Positions 1-9,244 of a stretch of 32,000 nucleotides of DNA are shown piece after piece. This DNA is from Oscillospiraceae bacterium (GTDB lineage Bacteria > Bacillota > Clostridia > Oscillospirales > Oscillospiraceae): the NCBI GenBank assembly GCA_017439805.1, contig JAFSIK010000035.1, positions 43,767 to 75,766 on the forward strand. Reading direction: 5' to 3'. The notes under the pieces are model-generated. The model was not told where the DNA came from. It searched no databases and worked only from the letters and a program-made list of their open reading frames with translations. Position 1 is the first letter of the stretch. Every line of letters begins with the position of its first letter. The position numbers were made by a program, and so were the translations under genes.

Positions 1-86
1 TCAAACGGTTTCTTTTTCAGCAAGGAAATCAATGCAAGGTCCATTTTCGTGGCAGTATTAAAATATTTACTTTCGGATTTATTCAT
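1..86 (-). CDS. TetR/AcrR-family transcriptional regulator, first 28 codons only (continues past the left edge)
   Basis: Minus-strand ATG at 86 with AAGGAG 7 nt upstream. The frame is open to position 1. The translation MNKSESKYFNTATKMDLALISLLKKKPF resembles the N-terminus of clostridial TetR-type regulators. Too short for a firm family call. Confidence 0.45.
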   Translation of the reverse strand, partial: MNKSESKYFNTATKMDLALISLLKKKPF

Positions 87-110
87 ATTACCACTCCTTG
101 CAAAGTTTCA

Positions 111-452
111 TTATTTATCTGCGATTTCACGGGCGAGCTGCACAATTTCATAGGCATATTTTGCCTTGCCCTTTTCAAGCAACTTCTTATAAATCGGATA
201 ATTCACACCACAGCCAATCAGTCCGACGACACCAACGATGATGCCAATCGCTATACTGCTTCCGATAACTTGCATTGCCAGGGACATACCTGTGCCGAAA
301 ACAAGCGCAAAAACAATGCCCCAAGAGTAGGTGAAAATAGTGGCGGGGAGCTTTGCGCGATTATCCAGTTTCTTTAGGGCTATGATTTTTGAATTCTCTT
401 TTGGTACATAGTCCTTTGCGATGGATTCTGCTAAAATTTTATCTGTGTTCAT
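111..452 (-). CDS. small integral membrane protein (two predicted TM helices), function unknown
   Basis: ORF 111..560 trimmed to the ATG at 452 (MNTDKIL...), which has GGAGG 8 nt upstream. It has two long hydrophobic stretches and sits immediately upstream of the TetR-like gene on the same strand. The region is AT-rich. Confidence 0.7.
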   Translation of the reverse strand: MNTDKILAESIAKDYVPKENSKIIALKKLDNRAKLPATIFTYSWGIVFALVFGTGMSLAMQVIGSSIAIGIIVGVVGLIGCGVNYPIYKKLLEKGKAKYAYEIVQLAREIADK

Positions 453-733
453 ATTAAGAACCTCCTTTTCGATTTTCCAGTAATACTTTACTGCTCGAAA
501 AAGAGAAATTGAACAACACAATATTTGAAATCTGTTGATTCTTATAATATAAATTTTCATTTATCTTTGCGCTCACTTTATCATACTTTGCTGTTTGTTT
601 CAACGCTTGGTGAAACTGATGAAGATTATCTAAACAACAATTGTGGTAAAAGGGAGCCCGGCGGCGGCACTTGCCCCGGGAGGGCAAGTATGATAAAATA
701 TTGGTTCACGAACAAAATTTTACGGAGGCTCAC

Positions 734-1717
734 ATGGTCATCGGCGGCATCAAAATCGAAAACCCAATAATTCTTGCGCCTATGGCCGGCGTTACCGACG
801 CGGCCTTTCGCCGGATGTGCGCAAAACACGGGGCGAACATGACCGTGACGGAAATGGTATCCTCCCGGGCGCTGGTGTATCAGGACGGAAAAACCCTTAC
901 CCTGCTGCAGCGGTTTGAGGGGGAAAGCCCCTGCGCCGCCCAGATTTTCGGCAACGACAGCGCGGTTATGGCAAAGGCGGCGAAAAAGGCGCTGGAGGTG
1001 TCCGGCGCGGAGATGATCGACATCAACATGGGCTGTCCCATGCCCAAAATTGCAAATAACGGCGACGGGTCGGCTCTGCTGGAAAATCCGGCTCTGGCGG
1101 CGGAGATTGTATCCGCCGTGAAAAACGAGATAAACGGCGCCCCCGTGACGGTTAAAATGCGTCTGGGTCGGGACAGGGGGCACATCGTGGCGGTGGATTT
1201 CGCAAAGGAAATGGAGCGCGCCGGCGCCGACGCTCTGTGCGTCCACGGCAGGACGAGAGTGCAGATGTACTCCGGCACCGCCGACTGGGACACCATCGCG
1301 GCGGTTAAAAAGGCGGTTTCCCTGCCCCTTATCGCAAACGGAGATATAAACGGCCCCGAAGCGGCGCTGAAATGCCTGCGGATAACCGGCGCCGACGGCC
1401 TTATGATAGGCCGGGCCTGCTTCGGCGACCCCTGGATTTTTTCAAGAGTGCGCGCGGCGCTGGAGGGTTTGGAAATCCCCGCCGAGCCAACTCTTGCCGA
1501 AAAGTGCGAGGCCGTGGCGGAGCAGTTTGAGCTGTCCCGGAAATTCCACGGCGACAGGCTGGCCTGTCTGATAATGCGGAAACACTGGGCCTGGTATCTG
1601 CGGGGAGTGCGCCACGGCGCCTACTTCCGGGAGCAGGTGACGAAATTCAATTCCCCCGAGGAATTTTACGCCCTGAACAGGCGCATATTGCGGGAGCTGG
1701 GAGGTGAGAGCCGGTGA
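734..1717 (+). CDS. dusB: tRNA-dihydrouridine synthase
   Basis: ORF 671..1717 trimmed to the ATG at 734 (GGAGG 5 nt upstream). It carries the Dus signature N-terminus IILAPMAGVTDAAFR, the catalytic-region DINMGCP motif, and VHGRT. Confidence 0.9.
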   Translation: MVIGGIKIENPIILAPMAGVTDAAFRRMCAKHGANMTVTEMVSSRALVYQDGKTLTLLQRFEGESPCAAQIFGNDSAVMAKAAKKALEVSGAEMIDINMGCPMPKIANNGDGSALLENPALAAEIVSAVKNEINGAPVTVKMRLGRDRGHIVAVDFAKEMERAGADALCVHGRTRVQMYSGTADWDTIAAVKKAVSLPLIANGDINGPEAALKCLRITGADGLMIGRACFGDPWIFSRVRAALEGLEIPAEPTLAEKCEAVAEQFELSRKFHGDRLACLIMRKHWAWYLRGVRHGAYFREQVTKFNSPEEFYALNRRILRELGGESR

Positions 1718-2328
1718 AAAACATGGACGAAATTCTGGTAAAAAAAGCCGCCCGGGGCGACATAGACGCCTTCAGCGAGCTTGTAAGACTCCACGAAAAC
1801 CGCATATATTCCCTGTGCCTGCGTATGATGGGAAATCCCGAGGACGCACAGGACGCGGCCCAGGAGGCCTTCATAAAGGCCTGGGAAAAGCTGTCCACCT
1901 TCCGGGGCGACAGCGCCTTTTCCACCTGGCTTTACAGGCTGGCCTCAAACCTCTGTCTTGATATGATAGCCGCCAGAAACCGGCGCGCCGCGTCCTCCCT
2001 GTCAGACGAGGACGGCAGCTTCCTTGACACCCCCGACACCGCTCCCCTGCCCCAGGAGGAGCTGGAGCGCAGGGAGCGCTTGGGCGCGCTGAAAGCCGCC
2101 ATGGACACCCTGCCCGACGAGGCGCGGACAATGCTGATACTGCGTGAGGGTCAGGGGCTCAGCTACGAGGAAATCGGGCAGGTGCTCAATTTGCCGCCGG
2201 GAACGGTGAAATCCCGGCTGTTCAGAGCCAGAGAAAAACTTCGTGAAGAACTTTTATCAAAAAACGGGAACATTTTTGAATCTTACCCGTCAAACAAGGG
2301 AAAACCAACGAAAGGAGGCGGGGAATAA
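1714..2328 (+). CDS. ECF-type sigma-70 family RNA polymerase sigma factor
   Basis: GTG at 1714 overlaps the dusB stop, with GGGAGGTGA upstream. The product is 204 aa, with region 2 (FSELVRLHENRIYSLCLRMMGNPEDAQDAAQEAFIKAW) and region 4 (LSYEEIGQVLNLPPGTVKSRLFRAREKL) motifs. Confidence 0.9.
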   Translation: MKNMDEILVKKAARGDIDAFSELVRLHENRIYSLCLRMMGNPEDAQDAAQEAFIKAWEKLSTFRGDSAFSTWLYRLASNLCLDMIAARNRRAASSLSDEDGSFLDTPDTAPLPQEELERRERLGALKAAMDTLPDEARTMLILREGQGLSYEEIGQVLNLPPGTVKSRLFRAREKLREELLSKNGNIFESYPSNKGKPTKGGGE

Positions 2329-3161
2329 TGAGCTGTGAAGGTAATTTTGAGCTGGTAAGCGTCTTTATGGACGGCGAAATGAGCGACGCAGAACGCGCCG
2401 ACGCCGCGGAGCATATCAAAAACTGCCCCGCCTGCCGGAAAATACTTGATGATTTCACCCTTATGGGCGATATGATAAAGGGCGAGGAGGTCTCCGCTCC
2501 CCAGGGTCTGCACGGCGCGGTCATGGAGCAGGTCATCTTCCGCAAGACCAAAAAATCCACCGGAAAGGTCAAGCGCTACGGCTATCTTGCCGCCGCCTGC
2601 GTGCTGGTGGTGCTTGCCGGTGTGACCCACTTCACCGGCGGTGAAAACAGCGCAAATCTTGCCGCCGACACCGCATACACGGCGGGAAGCGGCGATTATG
2701 TCTACAGCGCCGGGGAAGCCCAGGTCGCCGCACCCAGTGCCGCCAGTCCCAAGATGGAAATTTCCGAAAGCACACCCTCCGACGACAGCTTCGACGCCGG
2801 GGCAACCGCTCCCTCCGCTCCCTCCGCTCCCACCACTCCCTCCGACGCCGCCGGCGACAGCGTCATTTACGACAATTACGCGGACAGCAGCACCACCGAG
2901 GGCGCGGTGCTTTTCAGCAACCAGGCTTTCATAGCCGTGCAGGAGGGCGGCGTCACCCAAAACGCCCGGGTTTACGACCTTGCCGCCGCGGAAGAGGCCG
3001 TGCGGGAAGGTGAGGACGATTACGTTATCGTTGACGGGGAAGAGGGACCCGCGCTGGTGGTCAGCGCTGAGGCCTACAACTCCTTCGTCTACGCCACCTC
3101 CAACTGCATCTCCCCGGAAAAGGCGAAGAGCGGCTGGGTAATGATTTACGAGGAAAACTGA
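2328..3161 (+). CDS. anti-sigma factor (zf-HC2 N-terminus, one TM segment, Pro/Ala/Ser-rich extracytoplasmic part)
   Basis: Start is coupled to the sigma gene stop. H-x3-C-x2-C motif (HIKNCPACRK), followed by the hydrophobic segment YGYLAAACVLVVLAGV. This is the typical position directly after an ECF sigma. Confidence 0.8.
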   Translation: MSCEGNFELVSVFMDGEMSDAERADAAEHIKNCPACRKILDDFTLMGDMIKGEEVSAPQGLHGAVMEQVIFRKTKKSTGKVKRYGYLAAACVLVVLAGVTHFTGGENSANLAADTAYTAGSGDYVYSAGEAQVAAPSAASPKMEISESTPSDDSFDAGATAPSAPSAPTTPSDAAGDSVIYDNYADSSTTEGAVLFSNQAFIAVQEGGVTQNARVYDLAAAEEAVREGEDDYVIVDGEEGPALVVSAEAYNSFVYATSNCISPEKAKSGWVMIYEEN

Positions 3162-3166
3162 ATCAA

Positions 3167-3194
3167 AGACCTGCCTTCCGGCGGGTCTTTTTTT
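3167..3194 (+). terminator. intrinsic terminator after the anti-sigma gene
   Basis: AGACCTGCC-ttcc-GGCGGGTCT (9 bp stem including one G-U) followed by a T-run of 6. Confidence 0.7.
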
Positions 3195-3198
3195 ACGG

Positions 3199-3225
3199 AA
3201 AAACGCCCCTTTCGGGGCGTTTTTT
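3199..3225. terminator. bidirectional intrinsic terminator
   Basis: ACGCCCC-tttc-GGGGCGT is flanked by an A-run on the left and a T-run on the right. It abuts the stop of the minus-strand 63-aa gene. Confidence 0.7.
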
Positions 3226-3416
3226 CAATACATTTTTGAAATGTCGCGCACGTAGCGGCGCATCTCGCTTTTGCTTTTGATGTCGCGGGTGTGCTCGATT
3301 ATCTGACGGCGTTTGTCGTCGGTGAGACCCGCAAAATACTCCATGGCGGTCATGTTTTCCGCCAGAGCCATTCCCAGTCCCATGGGAATGTCGCCGGTGC
3401 CGATAATGTCTTCCAT
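3225..3416 (-). CDS. hypothetical small protein (63 aa)
   Basis: ATG at 3416 with GGGAGTGA 5 nt upstream. It has its own terminator. The composition is hydrophilic and helical-looking. I do not recognise a family. Confidence 0.55.
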   Translation of the reverse strand: MEDIIGTGDIPMGLGMALAENMTAMEYFAGLTDDKRRQIIEHTRDIKSKSEMRRYVRDISKMY

Positions 3417-3471
3417 GTTTTATCACTCCCGGTTTTATTATCCGCCCGAAAAGGGGATTTTAAAATGGAAA

Positions 3472-4395
3472 TTATTGATGCTCCAGCATGGAGACGATTA
3501 TTTTCGCCGCGTCGGCACGGGTGATGTCCCCGCCGGAAAAGGCGTCACGGGCGGAAAAATCATTCTGCTCCGCCGCCATAACCGCGGTGACCGCCCAGGC
3601 TTCCTCCCCTGCGGCGGTTTCAATCATGCCCTGGGCCTCAAATCCCATGAGCCCCGTGACCACCCGGCAGGCTTCCTTGCCGGTGATGGGGCGGGCGGAC
3701 TGGAACAGGCGCAGGCCGTCCAGCTCGATGCCGCCGATGACCCCGGCCTCTCTGGCGGCGGCAATATAGCCGGTCTGCCAGGCGGCGGTTTCAGCGTCAT
3801 CGTCAAAGCCGGCGGAGAGCACGTCAAGAGTTTCGATGCCTGCGGCGTTTACGGTCATGGCAAGAAATTCACCCCGGCTGACGGTCTTTTCGGGGGAAAA
3901 ACAGTACAGGCCGTTTATCTGCTCGCCCACGAAGATGCCCTCCTGGGCAAGGCGGGCGGCCTCGTACTCCACGCCGGTGCCGGCGGTGTCGGAGTACTCC
4001 ACCTTGGGAGCCTTGCGGCCGATGTCCACGGTGACCAGAGCCTCACGGCTGACGGCGCAGGAGGGGTCGGCGGCGGTGTAGACGAAGGTGTCACGGCCGG
4101 ATTTGCCCTCGGCGGGGGTGTAGGTGAAGGTGCCGTCGGCGCCCAGGGTCACCTCGCCCTTTGAGGGGGGCGAAACGAGGGCAAACTCAAGGGCGTCCCC
4201 ATCGGCGTCCTCCGCGTCGAAGGGCAGGGTGCGGGGGGTGTTTTTATAGGTCTGCACCACCATGTCCTCCGCAGTGGGCGGGGTGTTTTCCCCCTTTGCA
4301 GAGGCGGTGAAGTCCGCCTGGGCCGTGGCCGCGGCGGCGGTGATGAAGGCCGCGGAAAGGATAAGTGCAAGGGCTAAAGCGATGAATCTTTTCAT
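3472..4395 (-). CDS. secreted S-layer-homology (SLH) domain protein with an N-terminal Ig/cadherin-like module
   Basis: ORF 3472..4401 trimmed to the ATG at 4395 (AAGGAGG 9 nt upstream). Signal peptide MKRFIALALALILSAAFITAAAATAQA. A DADGDALEF...TFTYTP motif is typical of cadherin-like/VCBS repeats. The C-terminal half contains SLH-like repeats (e.g. FSPEKTVSRGEFLAM). Confidence 0.8.
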   Translation of the reverse strand: MKRFIALALALILSAAFITAAAATAQADFTASAKGENTPPTAEDMVVQTYKNTPRTLPFDAEDADGDALEFALVSPPSKGEVTLGADGTFTYTPAEGKSGRDTFVYTAADPSCAVSREALVTVDIGRKAPKVEYSDTAGTGVEYEAARLAQEGIFVGEQINGLYCFSPEKTVSRGEFLAMTVNAAGIETLDVLSAGFDDDAETAAWQTGYIAAAREAGVIGGIELDGLRLFQSARPITGKEACRVVTGLMGFEAQGMIETAAGEEAWAVTAVMAAEQNDFSARDAFSGGDITRADAAKIIVSMLEHQ

Positions 4396-4440
4396 TGTCA
4401 AATTCCTCCTTGCCCATATTTTTTGCCCGCTTTTCGCCCT

Positions 4441-5355
4441 TTATACGGTCAGGGGGAAAAATATCCACGCAAGGAGTGCGGATACCGCCGCCTGCAGGAG
4501 CTTTCCCGGGAAATAGAATTTTTTTGAAAGACCCTCCGTTACGTTCATTGTCTGGGCGCACACGCAAAGGCCGCCGAAGCCCGTCATTGCCGCGCACAGA
4601 GCCGCCGCCGGACGCGGGGGCAGACCGGAGAGCATCTGGGTGCCGGTGGATATTTCAAGAAATCCCGTCACCGCCGCCGCCAAAAATCCCTCCCCAAGGG
4701 GCAAAAGAGCGCAGATAACGGAGAAAAACACCACGTAGGCGCAGATGGCAAGTATGGCGCTGAGAGCGGAGCTTACGGCGTCGGTGAACACCCTGCCCAG
4801 AGGCGCGGCGGGAGCCGGCGAAATCCGGGGAGCGCTTTTTTCATCGGGAGCGCGGCTTTTGAAAACCAGGGCGGTGACCAGCGCCGCCGCCACGTGGCAA
4901 AGGAGCAAAAGCGCTCCCACGGCGCCGCTTTCAAAGGCGCCGTTTCCCGCCGCGCCCAGAATGAAGGCCGCCCCGCAGTTGGAGCAGGAGGCAAGGAGAA
5001 ATTCCGCCCGCTTTTTGGATATTTCCCCCCGTTTGTACATCTGGCAGAGGGCTCTCGCGCCGGAGGGATATCCCCCCAGAATGCCCAGCACGAAGGCGGG
5101 AGCGGCTCCGGCCGCTCCGAAAAGGGGTTTTGAAAACCTGTCCAGCCTTCGCCCCAGAGCGGCGGCAAGGCCGCTTCCCACCGCCATGGAGGACAGCACG
5201 AAAAAGGGAAACAGCGCCGGTATCACCACCGACGCGCAGACTTTCAGCCCCCGCACCGCTCCCGCGGCGCAGCGCTCGCCCTCCAGCAGAAAGGCCACCC
5301 CCAGAACCGCCAGTCCCACCGCGAATATCCACCTTTTCAGACGCCCTTTTTTCAC
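4441..5355 (-). CDS. ylbJ: sporulation integral membrane protein YlbJ
   Basis: Polytopic membrane protein with YlbJ-like motifs. I prefer the GTG at 5355 (GAGGGGG 7-8 nt upstream) over the ORF-track start at 5436, which would overlap yqfC. Confidence 0.75.
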   Translation of the reverse strand: MKKGRLKRWIFAVGLAVLGVAFLLEGERCAAGAVRGLKVCASVVIPALFPFFVLSSMAVGSGLAAALGRRLDRFSKPLFGAAGAAPAFVLGILGGYPSGARALCQMYKRGEISKKRAEFLLASCSNCGAAFILGAAGNGAFESGAVGALLLLCHVAAALVTALVFKSRAPDEKSAPRISPAPAAPLGRVFTDAVSSALSAILAICAYVVFFSVICALLPLGEGFLAAAVTGFLEISTGTQMLSGLPPRPAAALCAAMTGFGGLCVCAQTMNVTEGLSKKFYFPGKLLQAAVSALLAWIFFPLTV

Positions 5356-5426
5356 GCCGACACCCCCTCTTTTCACATAAAAATCTATGCCGCGGCGTAG
5401 ATTTCCTATGAACGGAGGGATGAGAT

Positions 5427-5726
5427 TTGAAAGCAAAAGCCGGTTTTATCGAACAGGCGGCAAACAACCTGGGCATACCCGGCCAGACGGGCACCCTGCC
5501 CTCGGTTTTCATAACGGGCTGCCGGGAAATTCAGATAGAACGCCACCGGGGTCTGCTGGATTTTTCCCACAGGCAGGTGGATTTAAGCTGCGGACAGGTG
5601 GCGGTGCGGGTAAGGGGCGAGGGTCTGACCATCGCCGGTATGTGCAAGGGAGACATACGCCTGCGGGGTAAAATTCAGGCGGTGGAATTTATATATCCGG
5701 AGGGCGAAAATGCAGAAATGGGTTGA
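5427..5726 (+). CDS. yqfC: sporulation protein YqfC (YabP/YqfC family)
   Basis: TTG at 5427 with GGAGGGA 6 nt upstream. The product is 99 aa with a YabP-family pattern (ITGCREIQIERHRGLLDFS...). It is followed by yqfD, as in other Firmicutes. Confidence 0.85.
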   Translation: MKAKAGFIEQAANNLGIPGQTGTLPSVFITGCREIQIERHRGLLDFSHRQVDLSCGQVAVRVRGEGLTIAGMCKGDIRLRGKIQAVEFIYPEGENAEMG

Positions 5727-6894
5727 TTTTCTGGGCGGTCACGCCAGACTGAGGCTCACAGGGGTTTTTCCGGAAAGATTTCTGAATATCTGCGCGGAAA
5801 ACGGTCTTCGCTTCTGGGACGTGGAGCGGCCGGACGGGTGCACGGTGGAGCTTTCCATGGAGCTGCGCCACGCCCGGCGGGCGGGTCCCTACGCCAAAAG
5901 AGCCTGCTGTGAAATGGAAATTCTGAGCCGGCGGGGGGCGCCCCCCTTTCTGTGGCGGTTTCGCCGGAGATTCGCCCTGATTTCCGGCATGGCGGCGGCA
6001 CTGGCGGCGGTGTTTGTTTTAAACGGCTTTATATGGGAAATAAGCTCCCCCGGGGGCGAGAGGATTTCCTCCGCCCGGGTGCTGGAGGCCGCCCGGCAGG
6101 AGGGGGTATACATCGGCGCGAAAAGCCGCAGCATCAGCCCACGGGAAATATCCGACCGGATAATAATGAACCTTGAGGGAGAGGTTTCATGGGTGGCGGT
6201 GAACGTAAACGGCAGCCGCGCGGAAATTCTCATAAACGAAACCCTGCCCCGGCAGGAGGCGGTTGACCCCAAAACTCCGGCGGACATCGTGGCCTCAATG
6301 AGCGGCATCGTGACGGAAGTGCGCGGCTACGCGGGCACAAAGACGGTGCTGCCGGGAGAGCCGGTGCAGGCGGGAGACGTGCTGATTTCCTCATGGGTGA
6401 AAATGGGCGGCCGGGAAAAGCAGGTGCGGGCCATGGGTGAGGTCTGGGCGGTGACGGACAGGGAATTTTCCGCCGTATCCCCCCTTGTGCGAACCCGCGT
6501 CTCCCCGGATGAACCGGTCAGGAGAACTTTTTCCCTGCTTTTCGGTGAAAAAAGGTTAAATTTATACGCCGACTATGGAGTTTTTTCCGGTGAATATGAT
6601 ATAATTACAAATTGGGAGAGTTTGCCCCTGCCCGGAGGCGGCGTACTGCCCCTGGGCACGGTCACTCAGGAGGCCTTTCCCCGGGGCGGAACATTCACCC
6701 TTGACGCCGCCGCCGAGGAACGGAGATTAAAGGAAAATCTCCTTGCCCGCATTGAAAAAACCGTGGGGGACGACGGGAAGATATACACCTGCGATTTTAC
6801 CTCCCGAACGGAACAAAACATTCTGACCGTCACGGCAAAGGCGGTCTGTCTTGAGAAAATTTCTGTCACGGCGGAGCTTGCCGCGCCGTACTAA
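5710..6894 (+). CDS. yqfD: stage IV sporulation protein YqfD
   Basis: 394 aa, overlapping the yqfC end. It has one central TM segment and conserved yqfC-yqfD-phoH synteny. Confidence 0.85.
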   Translation: MQKWVDFLGGHARLRLTGVFPERFLNICAENGLRFWDVERPDGCTVELSMELRHARRAGPYAKRACCEMEILSRRGAPPFLWRFRRRFALISGMAAALAAVFVLNGFIWEISSPGGERISSARVLEAARQEGVYIGAKSRSISPREISDRIIMNLEGEVSWVAVNVNGSRAEILINETLPRQEAVDPKTPADIVASMSGIVTEVRGYAGTKTVLPGEPVQAGDVLISSWVKMGGREKQVRAMGEVWAVTDREFSAVSPLVRTRVSPDEPVRRTFSLLFGEKRLNLYADYGVFSGEYDIITNWESLPLPGGGVLPLGTVTQEAFPRGGTFTLDAAAEERRLKENLLARIEKTVGDDGKIYTCDFTSRTEQNILTVTAKAVCLEKISVTAELAAPY

Positions 6895-6904
6895 GGAGAA
6901 TTTC

Positions 6905-7870
6905 ATGGAACACATCATAAACGTAGAGCGTCTTGAGCACATCATCAGCGTTTTCGGCTCCTTTGACGAAAATATCCGGCTGGTGGAGCAGGAGCTGTCC
7001 GTCAGCGTTTACAGCCGGGAAAGCGAACTGAAAGTCTCCGGCGACGAGGAAAACGTTGACCTTGCCCGCCGGGTGCTGGAGAGCCTTATGGAGCTTGCCG
7101 CCCGGGGCGAGGTGATTGACGGTCAGACCGTGCGCTACGTCATCGACACCGTCCGCTCCGGCGACGAGAGCAAACTGGCTGACCTTGGCAGGGGCGTGGT
7201 TTGCATCACCTGCAAGGGCAAGCCCGTTCGCGCCAAGACTCTGGGACAGAAAAATTACTGCGAGGCCATCGCCAAAAACACCATCACCTTCGGCGTGGGC
7301 CCCGCCGGCACGGGCAAGACCTATCTTGCCGTTGCCGCCGCCGTGACGGCTTTCCGCAAAAAGGAAATCGACCGCATAATCCTCACCCGTCCCGCCGTTG
7401 AGGCCGGCGAGAGGCTGGGCTTTCTGCCCGGCGACCTGCAGAATAAGGTAGACCCCTACCTGCGTCCCCTGTACGACGCTCTTTTTGATATGCTGGGGGC
7501 GGAAAATTACAACAAATACCTTGAAAAGGGCAACATCGAGGTTGCCCCTCTGGCATATATGCGCGGCCGCACCCTTGACAACAGCTTCATCATCCTTGAC
7601 GAGGCTCAGAACACCACCCGGGAGCAGATGAAGATGTTTCTGACCCGTCTGGGCTTCGGCTCAAAGGCGGTGGTCACCGGCGACATCACCCAGATTGACC
7701 TGCCCGCCGACAAGATAAGCGGTCTGAAGGACGCCCTTAATATCCTGTCCGACGTGGAGGACATCGCCATCTGCAAATTCAGCGAAAAAGACGTTGTGCG
7801 TCACGTGCTGGTTCAGCGCATCGTCAAGGCCTACGAGGATTATCACAGCGGAAAAAAGGTGAAAAAATGA
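6905..7870 (+). CDS. phoH: PhoH-family ATPase
   Basis: ORF trimmed to the ATG at 6905 (AAGGAGA upstream). Walker A GPAGTGKTYLA, the FIILDEAQN box, and VVTGDITQIDLP. Confidence 0.95.
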   Translation: MEHIINVERLEHIISVFGSFDENIRLVEQELSVSVYSRESELKVSGDEENVDLARRVLESLMELAARGEVIDGQTVRYVIDTVRSGDESKLADLGRGVVCITCKGKPVRAKTLGQKNYCEAIAKNTITFGVGPAGTGKTYLAVAAAVTAFRKKEIDRIILTRPAVEAGERLGFLPGDLQNKVDPYLRPLYDALFDMLGAENYNKYLEKGNIEVAPLAYMRGRTLDNSFIILDEAQNTTREQMKMFLTRLGFGSKAVVTGDITQIDLPADKISGLKDALNILSDVEDIAICKFSEKDVVRHVLVQRIVKAYEDYHSGKKVKK

Positions 7871-8340
7871 GACACACCATCTACTTTTCCGGCGGGGACG
7901 CCGAGATGAAAAAGCTTATCCGCCGGTGCGTAAACGCCACCCTGACCCATCAGAAGGCGGCGTTTCCCTGCGAGGTAAGCATACTTATAACCGACGATGA
8001 GGAGATCCGCGCCCTCAACGCCGATTTCCGGGGCATCGACAAAGCCACGGACGTGCTGAGCTTTCCCGCCTGTGACCTTATCCCCGGCGAGCCTTTGCCG
8101 GAGGAGTTTCTTGACCCTGAGACGGAGCGCTTTCCCCTTGGGGACATGGCCATTTCCGTGGAGAGAGCCGAAGCCCAGGCTCTGGAGTTCGGCCACAGCG
8201 CCGAAAGAGAGGCAGGCTATCTGAGCGTGCACAGCATTCTGCACCTGCTTGGCTACGACCACGAGGATGAAGAGGACAAGGGTCTGATGCGAAAGCAGGA
8301 GGACGAGATAATGGAAAAGCTGGGGCTTTTCAGAAAGTGA
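7867..8340 (+). CDS. ybeY: rRNA maturation endoribonuclease YbeY
   Basis: ATGA overlap with the phoH stop. It carries the zinc motif HSILHLLGYDH. Confidence 0.95.
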   Translation: MRHTIYFSGGDAEMKKLIRRCVNATLTHQKAAFPCEVSILITDDEEIRALNADFRGIDKATDVLSFPACDLIPGEPLPEEFLDPETERFPLGDMAISVERAEAQALEFGHSAEREAGYLSVHSILHLLGYDHEDEEDKGLMRKQEDEIMEKLGLFRK

Positions 8341-8347
8341 GTTTGAG

Positions 8348-9244
8348 ATGGAAGTTAAAAAGACCGTAATGGTGGCCCTCGCGGGTCGGCCCAATGTGGG
8401 CAAGAGCACTCTGACCAACGCCATCGTGGGGGAGAAGGTATCCATCGTCACCGACAAGCCCCAGACCACCCGCCACCGCATCTGCGGCGTGCGCCAGAGG
8501 GGGGACATTCAGTTCGTGCTGGTGGACACCCCCGGTTTTCACAAGGCTCAGAACCGTCTGGGCGACTACATGGACGGAGTTGTCCGCGCCGCCGTGGGTG
8601 ACGTGGACGCGGTGATGCTCCTTATCGAGCCCTCCGAGAAGGTCACCAAGGCCGAGGAACTGCTCATCGAGCAGATAAAGCGCTCCGGCGCTCCCTGCAT
8701 TCTGGTAATAAACAAGGCCGACACCCTTGAAAACAAGGAAAATCTTCTGCCGGTCATCGCGAAATACAGCACCCTTTACGATTTTGACGCCATCGTGCCC
8801 GTCAGCGCCCGGGAAAAGGACGGCCTTGAGGTGCTTTTGGACGAGCTTTCAAAATTCGCGGTGGAATCTCCTCCTCTTTTCCCCGAGGGCGAGACCTCCG
8901 ACCAGCCGGAAAAGCAGATGATGGCGGAGCTTATCCGTGAGGCTATGCTTAAATGTCTGGACAAGGAAATTCCCCACGGCATCGCCGTTGAAATCGAAAA
9001 ATTCAGCCAGCGAAACTCCACCGACATCGTGGACTGCGAGGCGGTGGTCTACTGCGAAAAGGCCAGCCACAAGGGCATGATAATCGGCAAGCAGGGCGCC
9101 ATGCTGAAGAAAATCTCCACCATGGCACGTCTTGAAATGGAAAAATACATGGGCGCGCCGGTGTACGTGCGCATCTGGGTGCGTGTCAAGGAAAACTGGC
9201 GCGACAGCCTGTCACTTCTGAAAAATTTCGGCTATGAGCAGTGA
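8348..9244 (+). CDS. era: GTPase Era
   Basis: G1 motif GRPNVGKST, G3 DTPG, G4 NKAD, and a C-terminal KH domain (VYVRIWVRVKENWRD). Confidence 0.95.
   Translation: MEVKKTVMVALAGRPNVGKSTLTNAIVGEKVSIVTDKPQTTRHRICGVRQRGDIQFVLVDTPGFHKAQNRLGDYMDGVVRAAVGDVDAVMLLIEPSEKVTKAEELLIEQIKRSGAPCILVINKADTLENKENLLPVIAKYSTLYDFDAIVPVSAREKDGLEVLLDELSKFAVESPPLFPEGETSDQPEKQMMAELIREAMLKCLDKEIPHGIAVEIEKFSQRNSTDIVDCEAVVYCEKASHKGMIIGKQGAMLKKISTMARLEMEKYMGAPVYVRIWVRVKENWRDSLSLLKNFGYEQ

Noticed and set aside
514-537. CAACA-N14-TGTTG with internal ATTTgAAAT palindrome as a TetR operator
   Set aside because: It has only 5-bp arms in an AT-rich region, where such symmetry is expected by chance. I could not anchor it to a convincing promoter.
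671-733. N-terminal extensions suggested by the ORF track (dusB 671, phoH 6851, Cys-rich 20789, FAD protein 26565, HPr 13082, ylbJ 5436)
   Set aside because: In each case an internal start has a proper SD at 5-9 nt (for the FAD-dependent gene, a promoter directly abutting the ATG instead of an SD) and matches the usual family N-terminus. The extensions overlap upstream genes, promoters or terminators.
2800-2850. Short tandem repeat GCTCCCTCC x2-3 as a contingency or VNTR locus
   Set aside because: It encodes the APSAPSAPTTPS low-complexity linker of the anti-sigma factor. It is in-frame, only 2-3 units long, and typical of Pro/Ser/Ala linkers.
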